The notes under the pieces were generated by a model that saw only the letters and a list, made by a program, of their open reading frames with translations, did not search any database and was not told the DNA's origin. Position numbers and translations under genes: made by a program. Source: the human T2T-CHM13v2.0 reference genome, Homo sapiens. Taken from it: 64,000 nucleotides of DNA. The DNA is taken from NCBI RefSeq assembly GCF_009914755.1, contig NC_060935.1; one strand, written 5' to 3'. This document shows, in pieces, positions 37,121 through 57,729 of the stretch. How positions within the stretch are numbered: the stretch's first letter is position 1; each line of letters begins with the position of its first letter.

Positions 37121-38864
37121 GAAAAAGGTTTTCTTGACTCTTCTTCAATCAGAGTAGCAGACTTCCAAACAAGATGTTGTTTGGAAACAACAACAAGATG
37201 TTGTTTTTTCACTTTAGAACTGCCATCCACAAACCAAGCAGCTCTTTGTCAGTCAGGTGAGAGCTGTTTATCAGTCTCCCTAGAATCCAGCAGCTGCTCA
37301 CACAGTTGCAGAGTTAGTCCTAGGGGAAAAAGAGGTTCCCTGCTCATGAGTATCTCTGCATGCTTTTAGGTAGCAAAACACTATATAAACCATTTCAACT
37401 TTATCATGGAACTCTTTTGGGCACTGCTATCCCCATGAAAGTGGTTCCCTGATATCACCCCATGAGTCCCAATAAATGTTCCACTAAGGGCCATCGAGTG
37501 GAGAATTTGTTCTTACCAGCACTCCAGCTTCTACTCCACACTGTGTGGGCTTGGGCAACCTTACCAGTTCCCATTTATCATGCCTGATTAATATTGCTCA
37601 AAGAGCAGAATTACATGCTTCTCTTTTGAAGTACTAGGTAGGGAAAACATTCCCCATTTAAACATAAGATTCATTTTCATAAAACATTTAGGTAAAAGAT
37701 ATACAACTACTTTATATAAAGCTTTTTTAAACTTTTCAACTTTCATAATGCTGTCAACCTTTACATTTTCTGTTCTGGTCCCAGAAACTTCGTATTTCCA
37801 CCTTCATGATATTTTACCCTCTCTTGTGAAAAAGGATTTGAGTTCCCAGCACAGGGTGAAGCCTTTTGGCCCATATTTGCTCCAAGTAACTCACCTCAAC
37901 GTTGCCCCAGGCAATTGGTCAGCTTTCTCATTGTAACCTTTGCCTTCCAATATTTTTTTTCAACCTGGAGTAGATACAGAAAACTCATTTGCGGCTCCCT
38001 TTGGTTCACTCAACTTTTGATAGTGTTGTATTAAAATCTTTGCTCTAACCTCATCAATTTCTATTTTACTCATTTCATTTCTTAATAACCATCTACAGAT
38101 TTCCACCCTGTTGGAATGAGTCCCGTGACTTTTTTTCTTTTAGTTTCACCCCATCAATGTTTTCTTTCCTTTTTTTTCTTTTTTCTTTTTCTTTCTTTCT
38201 TTTTTTTTTTTTTTAAGACAGAGTCTTGCTCTGTTGCTCAGACTGGAGTGCAGTGGTGTGATCTTGGCTGACTACAACCTCTGCCTCCCAGGTTCAAGCA
38301 ATTCTCGTGCCTCAGCCTCCCAAGTAGCTGGGACAGGCACATGCCACCATGCCTGGCTAATTTTTACATTTTTAGTAGAGATGGGGTTTCACCATGTTGG
38401 CCAAGCTGGTCTTGAACTCTTGGGCTCAAGTGATCCTCCTGCCTTGGCCTCCCAAAGTGCTGATATTACAGGCGTGGGCCACTGCATCCAATCCAATGTT
38501 TTCTTTATTCACCTTATTGCTTAGTTACTTTTCAAAAATTCTCACCTTCATGAGATAATTCTTTTGACTCTTCCCTCTACTCTTCACCATTTTCTTGTTA
38601 ATTGAATGTTTTTATTACCATCTGTAAGACCCATGACAGAAAGCCGTGATAGCACATTTGATAAGGTTCCTGGAACCAAACCGTTGTTGGATTTGCAGAA
38701 GTAATGGCATCACATGGGATGCCCATGTAGAAGGAGTCTCCTAAGCCACAGCATTTATCATGACCTGGGTAATGGACATTTTGAATGGCCATTTGAATGG
38801 CCCTGTGGTCACGAAGCCAGTCCCACATGGTTTGCATATGAAACATATCAGCTTCTTCACCTGG

Positions 38865-39246
38865 TGATATGGTTTCAATTTGTGTCCCCACCCAAATCTC
38901 ATATAGAATTGTAATCCCCAGTGTTGGAGGAGGGGCCTGGTGAGGTGATTGGGTCATGCAGGCAGGCTTCCCCCTTGCTGTTCTTGTGATAGTGAATGAG
39001 TTCTCAGAAGATCTGGTTGTTTAAAAGTGTGTAGCACCTCTCTCTTCACCCTCTTCCTCCTGCTCTGGCCATGTAAGATGTGCCTGCTTCCCCTGCACCT
39101 TCTGCCGTGATTTAATGTTTCCTGAGGCCTCCTTAGCAGTGCTTTCTGTACAGCCTGTGGAACCATAAGCCAATTAAACCTCTTTTCTTTATAAATTACC
39201 CAGTCTCAAGTAGCTCTTTATAGCAATGCAAGAACAAACTAATACA
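38865..39246 (+). mobile_element. MSTA solo LTR
   Basis: tgatatggttt...actaataca; TSD cctgg/gctgg. Confidence 0.92.
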
Positions 39247-40029
39247 GCTGGGGTACTTCACTTGGCATTTATAGGGGGCGTTGGGCAGGCCCCCTTCTCC
39301 GGGTAAACATATCTTACAGTGGCTTTTATCTAGTCCACCAGACTGGCTGTTCCTTCAGGTATAACCTACTGTGTATCTGGATCATGTATAGCCATCTGCT
39401 ATACATTGTTCAATACTGAGCTTTGGGTCCTGCATCAGCCCAAACATGCTCTCTCAGTCTGCAGCATTTAAAACCAAAGATACTGCCCCTAAATTAGTTA
39501 CTCTCACAATCCACTTTATTAAAGGCTACTCAGGGAGCTGATGATACCTGTCTACAAAATGGAGCACTTTATTTACACTGTGTCCTCTGGTTTCAATAAT
39601 TAACTTGGTTTTTCCTTTCCCCCACATTGACTATCTTCTTGGTGACCACAGGTCTTAAAGGTACTTTCTGTTGCCCTGGCATAATTTTGCCCCTCATGGG
39701 TAGTTTTGAGGCTAGTGACCTGAGCTCAGACAGACCACATCTGAGCTTGGTCCAGCCTCAAGGGCTGATCCAGCACTCTCTTTTACTTTCATTCTAGTTA
39801 TTACAGATAACAATAACCAAGGGATTGAATACTTTGTGTTTTCCTTATTAGTTTGCATTTCCTTATGCATCCAGTGAACATTCCCCCAGGAGTTGAATCC
39901 ATCTCTGAATTCCACTGGTAACTTTTACCTTCAGTAACTGAGTGCAGCACAGCTGCAGCTCTATACCATGGATGGTGACCACATGGCCACCTGGGAATGA
40001 AAAGTTCCTCATCTCCACCCTTTTATCCT

Positions 40030-40345
40030 TTCTCTCTCTCTCTCTCTCTTTATATAAACACACACACACACATATACACACATACATGTGTATACACATG
40101 TGTATATATATGTATACACACGTGTGTATATATGTATACACGTGTGTATATATGTATACACATGTGTGTATATGTATACACATGTGTGTGTATATGTATA
40201 CACGTGTGTGTATATGTATACGTGTGTATATATGTATGTGTAATATGTATATGTGTGTAATATATATTTGAATGTATATGTATTCATAAATGAACATATA
40301 TATTAATAATGTGTTCATTATTTATATAATATATATTCATATATA
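40030..40345. repeat. Compound (TC)n(CA)n(TA/TG/CA)n microsatellite
   Basis: About 200 bp of near-perfect purine-pyrimidine alternation (tatgtatacacatgtgtgta-like units). Confidence 0.95.
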
Positions 40346-40476
40346 CATTAACTCAAGACAGGGTCTCACTCTGTCACCCAAGCTGGAGTGCAGTGGCATG
40401 ACCACAGCTCACTGTAGCCTTGACCTACTAGGATCAAGTGATCCTCCCACCTCAGCCTCCTGCCTCAGCCACCTGA

Positions 40477-40797
<321 letters not shown>

Positions 40798-41554
40798 TGA
40801 CTAATTTTGCTTATTTGTTTATTTGTTTTTTTTAGAGATGGGGTCTTGCTTTGTTACCTATACTAGTCTCAAACTCGGGCCTTAAGCAATCCTCCCGCCT
40901 TGACCTCCCCAAAAGCTGAGATTACAAGTGTGAGCCACCACATCCAGTCTTTTCCTTCATTTTGAAACAACCTTTAACTAACATCTAACCTAGACAAAAA
41001 TCACTTCTTCTTTAGCAAAAACCACATCTTTATGTCTTTTTTATAAACTTCCTTACCAAAAACACATCTTTCTTTACATACTCCCTATATAGAATTGTTT
41101 CTTTTATATATAGTAGTTTTAATTACACATACTAACAACTATTTAAACTCCTAGTAACCCTAATTTCCAGTGAAAAATCTAGGATTGCTTAATTTAACAT
41201 AACATGACTTTAAAATTTTAAATTACTGAAGAAAATGTTGAAACAAGTTTTATTTATCAAAGACCACTAAAGTCATGTGAACTAAAAGGCATTTGAGTTG
41301 GTTTTTATTTTTCTATAAGTGCTACTTTTTCTTTAAGCCAATTAATTAGAGTTCTTTCATGTAACTTGGTAGTAAATATCAAATACACATGACACATATA
41401 AGACATACAGAGACATAGACAGAAGTTGATCTTATAGATTTATAACATTCTTCATTTGCCAGTTTTCAAATAGTTTCTCTACCCCTGTTAGAGACTATCA
41501 GTCATTTCCAGAGACAGGACTTTTAGGTAAAACAAGGTAGAAAAGTTACATTTC

Positions 41555-47714
<6,160 letters not shown>

Positions 47715-47842
47715 AGAAAAGTTTAATTTCGAAGGTGCAGAACTTAGACCTAACATCATTATCTGAAGATAAGATTGATAGAAAGTGTCTTCTTTTTAAC
47801 TTAGCTTCTTAATTAGATTACCAGCTTCAGGGTGAAGCCCTT

Positions 47843-48185
47843 TGTATTAACCTGTTTTCATGCTGCTAATAAAGACCTACCTGAGACTGGATAATTTATA
47901 CGGGAAAAAAGTTTAATGGACTTACAGTTCCATGTCGCCAAGGTGGCATCACAATCATAAGGGAAGGCAAGGAGGATGGTGGGAGGCAAAGAGAGAGTTT
48001 GTGCAGGGAAACCCGTTTTTAAAACCATCAGATCTTATGAGACTTATTCACTATCACGAGAACAGAACAGGAAAGACCCACCCCCTTGATTCAATTATCT
48101 CTCACTGGATCCCTCCCACAACACATGGGAATTATGGGAGCTACAAGATGAGATTTGGATGGGGACACAGAGCCAAACAATATGA
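47843..48185 (-). mobile_element. THE1 (C/D-like) solo LTR
   Basis: Consensus-like; perfect TSD ccctt. Confidence 0.9.
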
Positions 48186-48803
48186 CCCTTCAACGAACAG
48201 AGGACAGAAAGCATGCAGTTTTTAGGGCCTAATGTTTACTGAAAGGCAGAAGACTTAGATCCCTCAAAATCAAGGATTCCATTTTACACTGAATCCTGGG
48301 TCCTCAAAAAGAAAAACCATGAACTGGTTAATGCAATGCTACCACAGTGCACCTCCTGCAAGACCATTTCCCTGAGGCTGGTGGGCAACCCAATGCCAAT
48401 CAGCCAATTCAGTGATCAGGCCATCCCCCATGGAGTTTTATCTCTCAGTGTCAAGAGTTTCTGTATCCTCTAGGTACATAAACCAAAGAAAAACAGGTAG
48501 CTCCTTGTGGAAATAACTATTTAGTGTAAGCAACTGTCATCAGTCACCTCTAACACTGTAGCTCTTGCCCATGACTGCCAACCATTATACACACTGATGT
48601 CAAGTCCTCTCATAGTACAAAGTAACCTCTGGTGTCCCCCCATACCCAAAGAGATCAGACAAAACAATACAAAAGAGAGCAATTTTAAACCTGAGTGGAA
48701 TCTATCCATTTACAACTTTTAGGGTTCCATGAGGAAAAACAGAGATTCCTTTCCAAAAAAGGAGTCTTTGTCACCTTTCCCTGTTTTTCCCAGGGATCTC
48801 AGG

Positions 48804-51241
48804 TGACATGGTTTGGATCTGTGTCCCTGCCCAAATGTCATGTTGAAATTTAATTCCCAATGCTGGAGGTGGGGCCTGGTGGGAGGTGACTGGATCATGG
48901 GAGTGGTTTCTCATGAATGGTTTAGTACCATCCACCTAGTGCTGTTCTCATGATAGAGTTCTCACAAGATCTGATTATTTTAAAATGTGTGGCACTTCAC
49001 TCCATCTCTCTCCTTCTACTCCAGCCATGGGAAGTGCCGGCTCCTCCTTCACCTTCTGCCATGATTGTAAGTTTCCTGAGGCCTCCCTAGAAGCAGAAGC
49101 CACTGTATAGGCTTCCTGTACAGCTGGCAAAATCATGAACCAATTCAACCTTTTTTTCTTATAAATTACCCAGTCTCAAGTATTACTTTATAGCAGTGTG
49201 AGAATGAACTAATACAGAAAATTGGTACTGAGGGGTGATGAAGTGCTACAAAGAAATGTGGAAGTAGTTTTGGAAATGTGGAAGTACCTGGAAATGTGGA
49301 AGTAGTTTTGGAACCAAGTAACAGGCAAAGGTTGGAAGAGTTTGGAGGGCTCAGAAGAAGATAGAAAGATGAGGAAAAGTTTGGAGCTTCCTAGGGACTT
49401 GTTGAATAGTTGTGACCAAAACGCAGATTGTGATATGGACAGTGAAGTCCAGGCTGATGAGGTCTCAGATGGAGATAAGGAACTTATTGGGAACTGGAGC
49501 ATAGGTCACTTTTGTTACCTCTTGGCAAAGAAGATGGCTGCACTATTGCCTCTGGCCCTATGGATCTGTGAAAGAACTTTAGAGTGATACTATAGGGTAT
49601 CTGATGGAAGAAATTTCTAAGCAGCCAAGTGTTCAAGATGTGGCCTGGCTGCTTCTAACAACCTATGCTCATATGTGTGAGCAAAGAAATGATGTAAAAC
49701 TCAAACTTATATTTAAAAGGGAAGCAGAGTATAAAAGTTTGGAAAACTTGCAGCCTGACTATGTGTTAGAAAAGAAAAGCCCATTTTCTGGGGAGGAATT
49801 CAAACCAGCTGCAGAAATTTGCATAACTAAAAGGAAGGCAAGTACTGATAGCCAAGAAAATGGGGAAAATGCTTCGAAGGCACTTCAGAGACCCTCGTGG
49901 CAGCCCTTCCCATCACAGGCCCAGAGCCCTAGGAAAACAATAGTTTTGTGAACCATGCCCAGGGCCCTGCAGCACTGTGCAGCCTCAAGACACTGATCCC
50001 TGCATACCAGTCACTCCAGCTCCAGCTGTGGCTAAAAGGAGCCCAGGTGCAGCTTGGGACACTGCTTCAGAGGGTGTGCAACCATAAACCTTGGTGGCCT
50101 CCACATGGTGTTAAGGCTATGGGTGTGCAGAATGCAAGATTTGGGATTTGAGAGCCTCTGTCTAGATTTCAGAGAATGTATGGAAAAGCCTGGATGTCCA
50201 GGCAGAAGCCTGCTGCAGGGGCAGAGCCCTCATGGAGAACTTCTATAAGGGTAGTATGGAAGGGAAATGTGGGATTGGAGCCCCCATACAGAGTCCCCAC
50301 TGCAGCACTGCCTAGTGGATTTGTGGGAGGAGGGCCACTATACTCCAGACCCCAGAATGGTAGAGCCACCAACAGCTTACAACATGCACTTGGAAAGCCA
50401 TAAGCACTCAATATCAGCCCATGAGAGCAGCCTTGGGGGCAGAGTTGCCCTAGGCCTTGGGTGCCCACCCCTTGCACCAGTGTGTCCTGGATGTGAGACA
50501 TGAAGTCAAAGATTATTTTGGAGCTTTAAGTTTTAATGGCTGACCTGCTGTGTTTCAGTCTTGCATGGTGGCTGTAGCCCCTTTCTTTTGGCTGATGTCT
50601 CCCTTTTGGAACAGGAGTACTTACCCAATGCCTATACCCTCATTGTATCTTAGAAGTAAATAACTTGTTTTTTATTTTACAGGATCATAGGCGTAAGGAA
50701 TTTGCCTTGTCTCAGATGACACTTTGGACATCTGAGTTAATGCTGAAATGAGTTAAGATTTGGGGGGACTGTTGGGAAGGCATGATTGTATGTTGCAATG
50801 TGAGAAGGACATGAAATTTGGGAGGGATGAGGAGCAGAATGATATAATTTGGATCTGTGTCCCCACCCAATTTCATGTTGAATTGTAATCCCCAATGCTG
50901 TAGGTGGGGCCTGGTGGGAGGTGATTGGATCATGGGGGTAGTTTCTCATGAATGGTTTAGCACCTTCCCCCTAGTGCTGTTCTCAAGATAGAGTTCTCAT
51001 GAGATCTGGTTGTTTAAAAGTGTGTGGCACTTCCCTGCCCCACTTATGCTCCAGCCATGCAAAGTGCTGGCTCCCACTTTGTCTCCTGCCATGATTGTAA
51101 ATTGCCTGATGCCTCGCTAGAGGCAGAAGCTGATATGCTTCCTGTACAGCCTGCATAACTTGAGCCAATTCAACCTATTTTCTTATAAATTACCCAGTCC
51201 CAGGTATTTTTTTTATAGCAGTGTTAGAATGGACTAACACA
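48804..51241 (+). mobile_element. Full-length MSTB-like MaLR: LTR 48804-49216, internal region, LTR 50840-51241
   Basis: Two LTRs flanking MST-int with degenerate MaLR ORF remnants (49342-50403). Confidence 0.92.
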
Positions 51242-52135
51242 CCAAGCTATTTGAAATTCCCTTTTTCAGGTCCCTCATGTGATATCAAGGGCGTCAAGAG
51301 AAAGGAGGGACAGACAGATAGAAAAACAGAATTCAGTCAACTGAGAAGTTTTACAGAGAAAACAGAGGTCTTAAAACAGTATATATGTACTTTTGACCAT
51401 AGAGCTCTTTAAAAAACACGTTTTAAAAGTGTTTCCTCAAGCCATCTTACTTTGCTTCTGCTGGTAGCTGGGCTTCCATTGTCAAATGGACAGCCCACAG
51501 AAGCAGCAATCTGACTGCATCAGCTACTCAGCACCCTTCCTTACAGCAGTGTGATGTGTGACAGATGGCTCATAGTTAACGATTGCTCTAAACCCATCAG
51601 CATTTTCAGGGTGTTTCTGGATTTGCTTTGTGGCCCACCAATGTCTAACAGGTAAGCCACACCACTCCACATTGAAGTGGCTGGCCAGCTTGGGATTTCC
51701 CCCATGGATGCTTTATTTCCTTTGCCCATTTCTTGTTCTCTCAGCTCCTGCCTGCCTTGCCACATTTCTGTGGTAGGCAGGTCTATGCAAATCTACCCCC
51801 AGAAGTCCAAGGGAGCTGAGAGGCTGAAGAAAGAAGCTGAAAAACTAAGTTTCTCAAAAACAAAACAAAAAACCATTTAATAGGGACTTACAAATGGAAG
51901 CTATGTCTGTGTTTTGGGCAGCAGCAAGACAAGAAGGTGGACCCCCCCATAACATTACCTCCTGGACACAGGGCTTATACACCATAGGGAGGGAATGTGT
52001 AGGGCAATTGTAGGAAAAGCCAAAAATGTTACATGAATATACCTAGGGTCTGATTTATGGTCAAGGTTGTTTTGACCTAAGGACAGGATTTAAGGTAGGT
52101 ACATGCTCTTACACAAGGAACAGTACATAAAATAG

Positions 52136-52455
<320 letters not shown>

Positions 52456-53255
52456 GATGTCTAGTAAATGTTTTAAACTGAATCACACAACGTTATGACA
52501 TTGTCACTGGCAGCCCATTAAGCACCAATACCCTACTACCTGGCACCCATATGGGCCTTCAGTAATATTTGTTGAATGAACAGAAGGAAATTGTCACTCT
52601 AGCCTAGCCTGTGACCTAGTAGGAACACTTCTGGGCATCTCTCTTAATTCCTCTCTTTCCTTTACTTCTCCTACATGAGTTACCAGTTTTCGTCAATTCT
52701 ACTTCTGAGATACCTTTTGTGGCCCTGTCCTCTGCATTCTCACTACCACTGCCCAAAATTATAGCCATTTAAACTTCCTATCTTTGTTTCCTATTCTCCC
52801 ACCCCAAGTCTTTTCCCCTCTTTAGTTCAACTTCCATGTGACCACTGGAGTTATCTTTCTAAAGCTCAAGAAACATCAATCCTTTTTATTAAAAATATCA
52901 ATGGTGTGTTGCTTTCATGACTTTTCATATCTTGCTTTAATCTATTTTTCCAACTTCATTTCTTACTACTTTTCAGCGAGCACCCTGCCCTCTATGCCAA
53001 ACTTGAGAAACAGCAAGCTATTTTTAACATTTCAACTTGCTAGTCACTCTTTCATGTTTATGTAACATTCTACATGCTCATCTTCTGCCTGGGAAATACT
53101 TATCAATATCCTTACTCACTCATTGGGATTCAAGTCATATATTACCTCCTCTGTGATGCCTTCCTAGAATCTCCTACACAGTTGTTCCTCTGTGTGCCCA
53201 CAATACTTTCTATTGACTTTTCCTATAGCAGTTATATTTTATTGTGTTTATCTTT

Positions 53256-53875
53256 TTTGCCTTTTTTTTTTTGAGACTGAATCTTGCTCTATTGTCCAGG
53301 CTGGAGTGCACCAGCACTATCTTGGCTCACTGCAACCTCCGTCTCCCGGATTCAGGTGATTCTTGTGCCTTAGCCTCCAGAGTAGCTGGGATTACAGGTG
53401 CCTGCCACTACACCCGGCTAATTTTTGTATTTTTAGTAGAGACAAGGTTTCACTATGTTGGCCAGGCTGGTCTTGAACTCTTGACCTCAAGTGATCCACC
53501 CGCCTTGGTCTCCCAGAGTGCTGGGATTACAGGAGTGAGCCACCACACCTGGCCTTTTTTGCCATCTTGACAAATGCTGTCCAACAGGAAGATAATACAA
53601 GCCACATATAATTTATTTTTATTGTTTTTTAGAAAGAGTCTTGCTCTGTTCCCCAGGTTGGAATGCAGTGGTGTGATCATAGCTCAGTGTAACTAACCTC
53701 AAACTCCTGGGCTCAAGTGATCCTCCTGCCTCAGCCTCCCTAGTAGCTAGGATTATAGGCATACGCTACCATTCCTGGCTAACGGCCACATATAATTTTA
53801 ACTTTTCTAGTAGCCACATAAAAAAAAAAAGTAAAAAAAAGAAACAGATGAAAGTAATTTTAATTATATATCTAT
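53256..53875 (-). mobile_element. AluS (53256-53554) and MER3/MER33 DNA transposon (53575-53875) interrupted by an Alu monomer
   Basis: gctgtccaa terminus; duplicated gccacatataattt flanking the monomer. Confidence 0.75.
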
Positions 53876-53879
53876 AAAT

Positions 53880-53973
53880 AACTGGCTGCTCTAAGAAATA
53901 CCAGAACAGAATGATTGAATGGCTTTGTTTATGGAGAAACTGTAATCTGTGCACTGTTCTCTACTTTGGATAA
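53880..53973 (-). pseudogene. GREB1-like pseudo-exon (3' end unclear)
   Basis: Acceptor aatctccag|, in phase with the previous exon (ag|t). SYPK...KQSHSIILFW vs SRPH...LLFSGLLLYL; weak match. Confidence 0.5.
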
Positions 53974-54127
53974 CTGGAGATTAGCAAATGAGTCAAATGT
54001 TTTATTTCCTTAGAGTCATACCTTTGTAGACACTGACAAGCTTTTTTACACATAGGTGTGGTTGGCTGTGTGAAGTTCTCCCAGTTTAGGGCCTTTGTTT
54101 GCAAATATATCCAGGAGGAGGCCTTAC

Positions 54128-54337
54128 CTTAGAAGCCCAAGGGTGTGCTGGTAGTGACTTTAGGGACTTTAGGTACTATTCTCAAGAAGCACCACCCAAA
54201 GAACAGGGCAAGTCAGAGTCTGGGGCTTACATCTTGGACATGCTATGACCTTAGATAAAAGATGTCGAATTAGTCATTCTCATTTCTGGGCATCTGTGGC
54301 AGCTCTGTTCTGACTCATGTGCAAAGGGAGTAAATCC
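54128..54337 (-). pseudogene. GREB1-like pseudo-exon
   Basis: Very strong acceptor (ttttctttttctttctttcttag|) and donor (aag|gtaagg). PVLWVVLLEN (54178-54207) vs PVLSVDCYLN. Confidence 0.72.
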
Positions 54338-54973
54338 CTAAGAAAGAAAGAAAAAGAAAAGAAGACAGGAAAAAGAAGAATAATTTCCAGAGTTCTATAC
54401 AGTTACTATTGCTCCCAAATGAGCTCCAAATCATGGCAATGCTACCCACAAAAGACAGACAGAACAATGACCATCTAATGAGATGTGGAAATAAATTGGC
54501 CAACAAGATGCCTTCTTTTCACAATGATGCTTGGGAAATTGACAACAGATGGTATCTAAAACATGTTACAAATACTGTGCCTCTTCTTTCCAAGACCTGG
54601 GAGCTGGGTAATACCAGGGCACTTTTATCAATCAACAACGTCTAGAGGAGATAGTCGAGAACCAGAAAGTCAATAGTCAAGACACAAAGAATAATTTAGA
54701 AGATCGAGGGACATAGCAGCTCCATTTTTGTTCCACTTAGATTAAACTTGTGGAATATCTGAGGGTCAGAGCATTCCCCTCCAGATGAAAACCAAACTTA
54801 TTTCACAGACCTCTGAAACACCCAGAACAGATACTGGGGAAATGAAGCCACAGGAACCTGTGTGTACTTGCCTAGACAGGCAATCAATGTACTGGTGGAA
54901 ATGTTAAAACCTTAATAGGATTTTTTTGTTTTTGTTTTTACTAACAGGCTTTAAAAATATTTTTAAAGCAGAC

Positions 54974-55151
54974 CTATTCTGGAAGTCATGATTGGGTGCA
55001 GGGCAAGGCAGATACCATAAAATGAACTACAGAGAATACTGCTCTCATTAAAATTTAGTTCACTTGGGAAAAGTTGCCTGTAACTCTTTCTATGCTGAGA
55101 GTGAACATCTCTGGTGCATTCTAGACAGTTATGATGGGTTTTCCACAGCAA
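54974..55151 (-). pseudogene. GREB1-like pseudo-exon (still open; ORF 54963..55151)
   Basis: Acceptor ctttctttgtag|, in phase with the previous exon. ECTRDVHSQ..ELNFNESSILCSSFYGICLALHPI aligns without gaps to DLTQNVQYN..NLRVHSAGLLLCRFNRFSVMKKQI. Confidence 0.68.
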
Positions 55152-55324
55152 CTACAAAGAAAGTTGTATTCTCATTAGTTTTATCAAAACAAATATTTTT
55201 AATGTGCTACAGTTACTTTTAAATAGTTTATACTTTCTATTGTCATGCAATCTGTAAAGTAAAGCATGGTGAAAAGAAGGATTAATTTGGTGAATTCCAT
55301 GATGGGTGTGTATATAAGATGCTG

Positions 55325-55928
<604 letters not shown>

Positions 55929-56496
55929 CTACTTATTGTGAGGGATACAAAGATGTATAATGACAAGACATAATGACTTGGTCTGGTTTTGGAAGAGGCA
56001 AATGAAGCATAAGTAGAAAGATAATGGGGCTTGCCATCAAATCTATCTAGATTTTAATCCTACTTCTGCCACCTAACAGCTATGTGTCTTTAGACAAGTT
56101 ACTTGCCTCACTGAGCCTCAAGTTTGTCTTCTACAGAATTTAGATGAATAGATGAATACTTGCATAGGGCTGCTGTGAGGATAAAGTGAAGACTTCATCA
56201 GAACTATACTGAATAAGACATTTCCACAAAAAAAGTGTTAGAAAATGACACATGCCAGAAGAAAACTGTTTCCTCAGAGCAGTATTTGCATAAAAATGCT
56301 TGAACTTGTTTTTTGTTTCTAAAAATGTTATGAAATTCTGAGAGTCATAATAGCCACGTTATGGCCAATATGCCAACCACGTTAAGGGTAGCATATTCGT
56401 TTTGGTCTTTATTCCTATATATTTTCTCAATGATATATAGTATCTCCCTTTAGGCTAGAAACTATAATGGTACATTTTTGGCTTGGTGTAATTTAC

Positions 56497-56617
56497 CTTC
56501 ATTTAAAAGATATTGTTTCTATAGCATGGATCAAAAAGATGTAGAGTTGTTTCATGTTTGAATAAAATTATAATGCAGTTGATACCAATATATGGCGCCC
56601 AATTTTCAGGGATCTTG
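56497..56617 (-). pseudogene. GREB1-like pseudo-exon
   Basis: Acceptor tctttattcag|, donor aag|gtaaat. KIPENWAPYIGIN...HLFDPCYRNNIF*MK vs APDIMHYALLGLR...EPFSRCHVHNFIILN. Confidence 0.72.
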
Positions 56618-56802
56618 CTGAATAAAGATGGGAAAGGCAGATGAATGAATGATTGATGTCATTACATTTTTCTAGTTTAAACTCTGGTGCAAAATCTTTC
56701 ACTGCCTTTTATTACTCACTTTTTGTAGATTTATTAATTCTCTGAATTCATTTAAGAATGATAGTATATTATGGAAGATTCGAGTCATACAACATGCCTT
56801 AC

Positions 56803-57123
56803 CCATGAAATTGTACCATCTTGGAGAGTGATCCATTGTTTTTTAAAGTCTTCCTCCAGAAAGCACTCTGTCCATTTGTGGGGGTCTGCCGGAGGCACAC
56901 ATTTCATACACATTGACTTGAATCAAATGAGATCCCTTTGTGCTCTCAAGTGTACGGCTATTTTTGAGAATCATTTATTAAGTGATTACTTAATAATTAC
57001 ATCATATTTTCCTCAGAACTAAGCATTACTTTGCTTTTGTACTTATATCAATTTTTAAAATTAAGACATATGCACAAACAACAAAAAGTTTATGAAGTAT
57101 TTTCTGGAAATAGTGTCTATTTC
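56803..57123 (-). pseudogene. GREB1-like pseudo-exon (start of TAGT glycosyltransferase region)
   Basis: Donor tgg|gtaagg. TKAK*CLVLRKI*CNY vs VKEYEMAIYKKYWPNH; WITLQDGTISW vs FIVISDDSCVMW. Frameshifts present; 5' boundary approximate. Confidence 0.7.
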
Positions 57124-57524
57124 CTATAGTGATATTACCCTATCAGTATACTGATAAACCTTAGCAGTGGTTAACTTAGCTACACATGTTCTAACATGCT
57201 CCTGAATCCCCCATGCTGGGTTACATCCTCTTTCTAGGTATTCCCTCATCCTGTATTACACTGGCATTGTTTATGTCTGTCTCTCCATTAAACCCTATGT
57301 TCTGTGGAATACTGTCATATCCAAGTTTATATGCCTAGTGTAGTGACAAGCACTTTAAATAAAGGCATTTACCTGATTTAAACAACTTAATGACTAAATT
57401 AATAAATATGAATACTGTAATCTTTGTTTTGTTGCTTGTGTTCTTTTACAGATTAGAATTTGGTCCATAGTTCTTACGTTTGTTTTGGGAGAATATTTTG
57501 ACCCACTTCTAAGAAGTGTTTCAC

Positions 57525-57729
57525 CTGATCCTGGCTATTTATGACTATGGCTATTGGACTGGATGGTTTCCAGGCATACACTGTCTTGCCTAAAGTAGCG
57601 GAATGCGACATCCCTGAGGGTAAGCAAGTGTGTTAGCTTTGTGTTCTGTGCCCTCCTCCAGAAATGACAGTACTTGCTGCAAGACTGTGAGCTCATCGAG
57701 GCAGAAGCCATGGCATTCAAATTAGTTTC
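57525..57729 (-). pseudogene. GREB1-like pseudo-exon 1 (putative start codon)
   Basis: Acceptor ctcag|, donor cag|gtgaaa. Kozak GCCATGG with ATG at 57709-57711. MASASMSSQSCSKYCHF..TLRDVAFRY..DSVCLETIQSNSHSHK*PGS vs GREB1 HHCEQCHQY..TLHAFAFSY..EEIQLHFIIPKSKEHH..QPGG. Confidence 0.75.

Noticed and set aside
39863-40318. ORFs rich in Y/I/H/T/C/V
   Set aside because: They are translations of the dinucleotide microsatellite.
49342-50503. ORFs within MST-int
   Set aside because: Known degenerate MaLR internal ORF remnants, fragmented.
56803-56850. FKKQWITLQDGTISW initially looked like a PH-domain strand
   Set aside because: Flanking motifs and neighbouring exons fit the GREB1 TAGT region collinearly, and no PH C-terminal helix follows.
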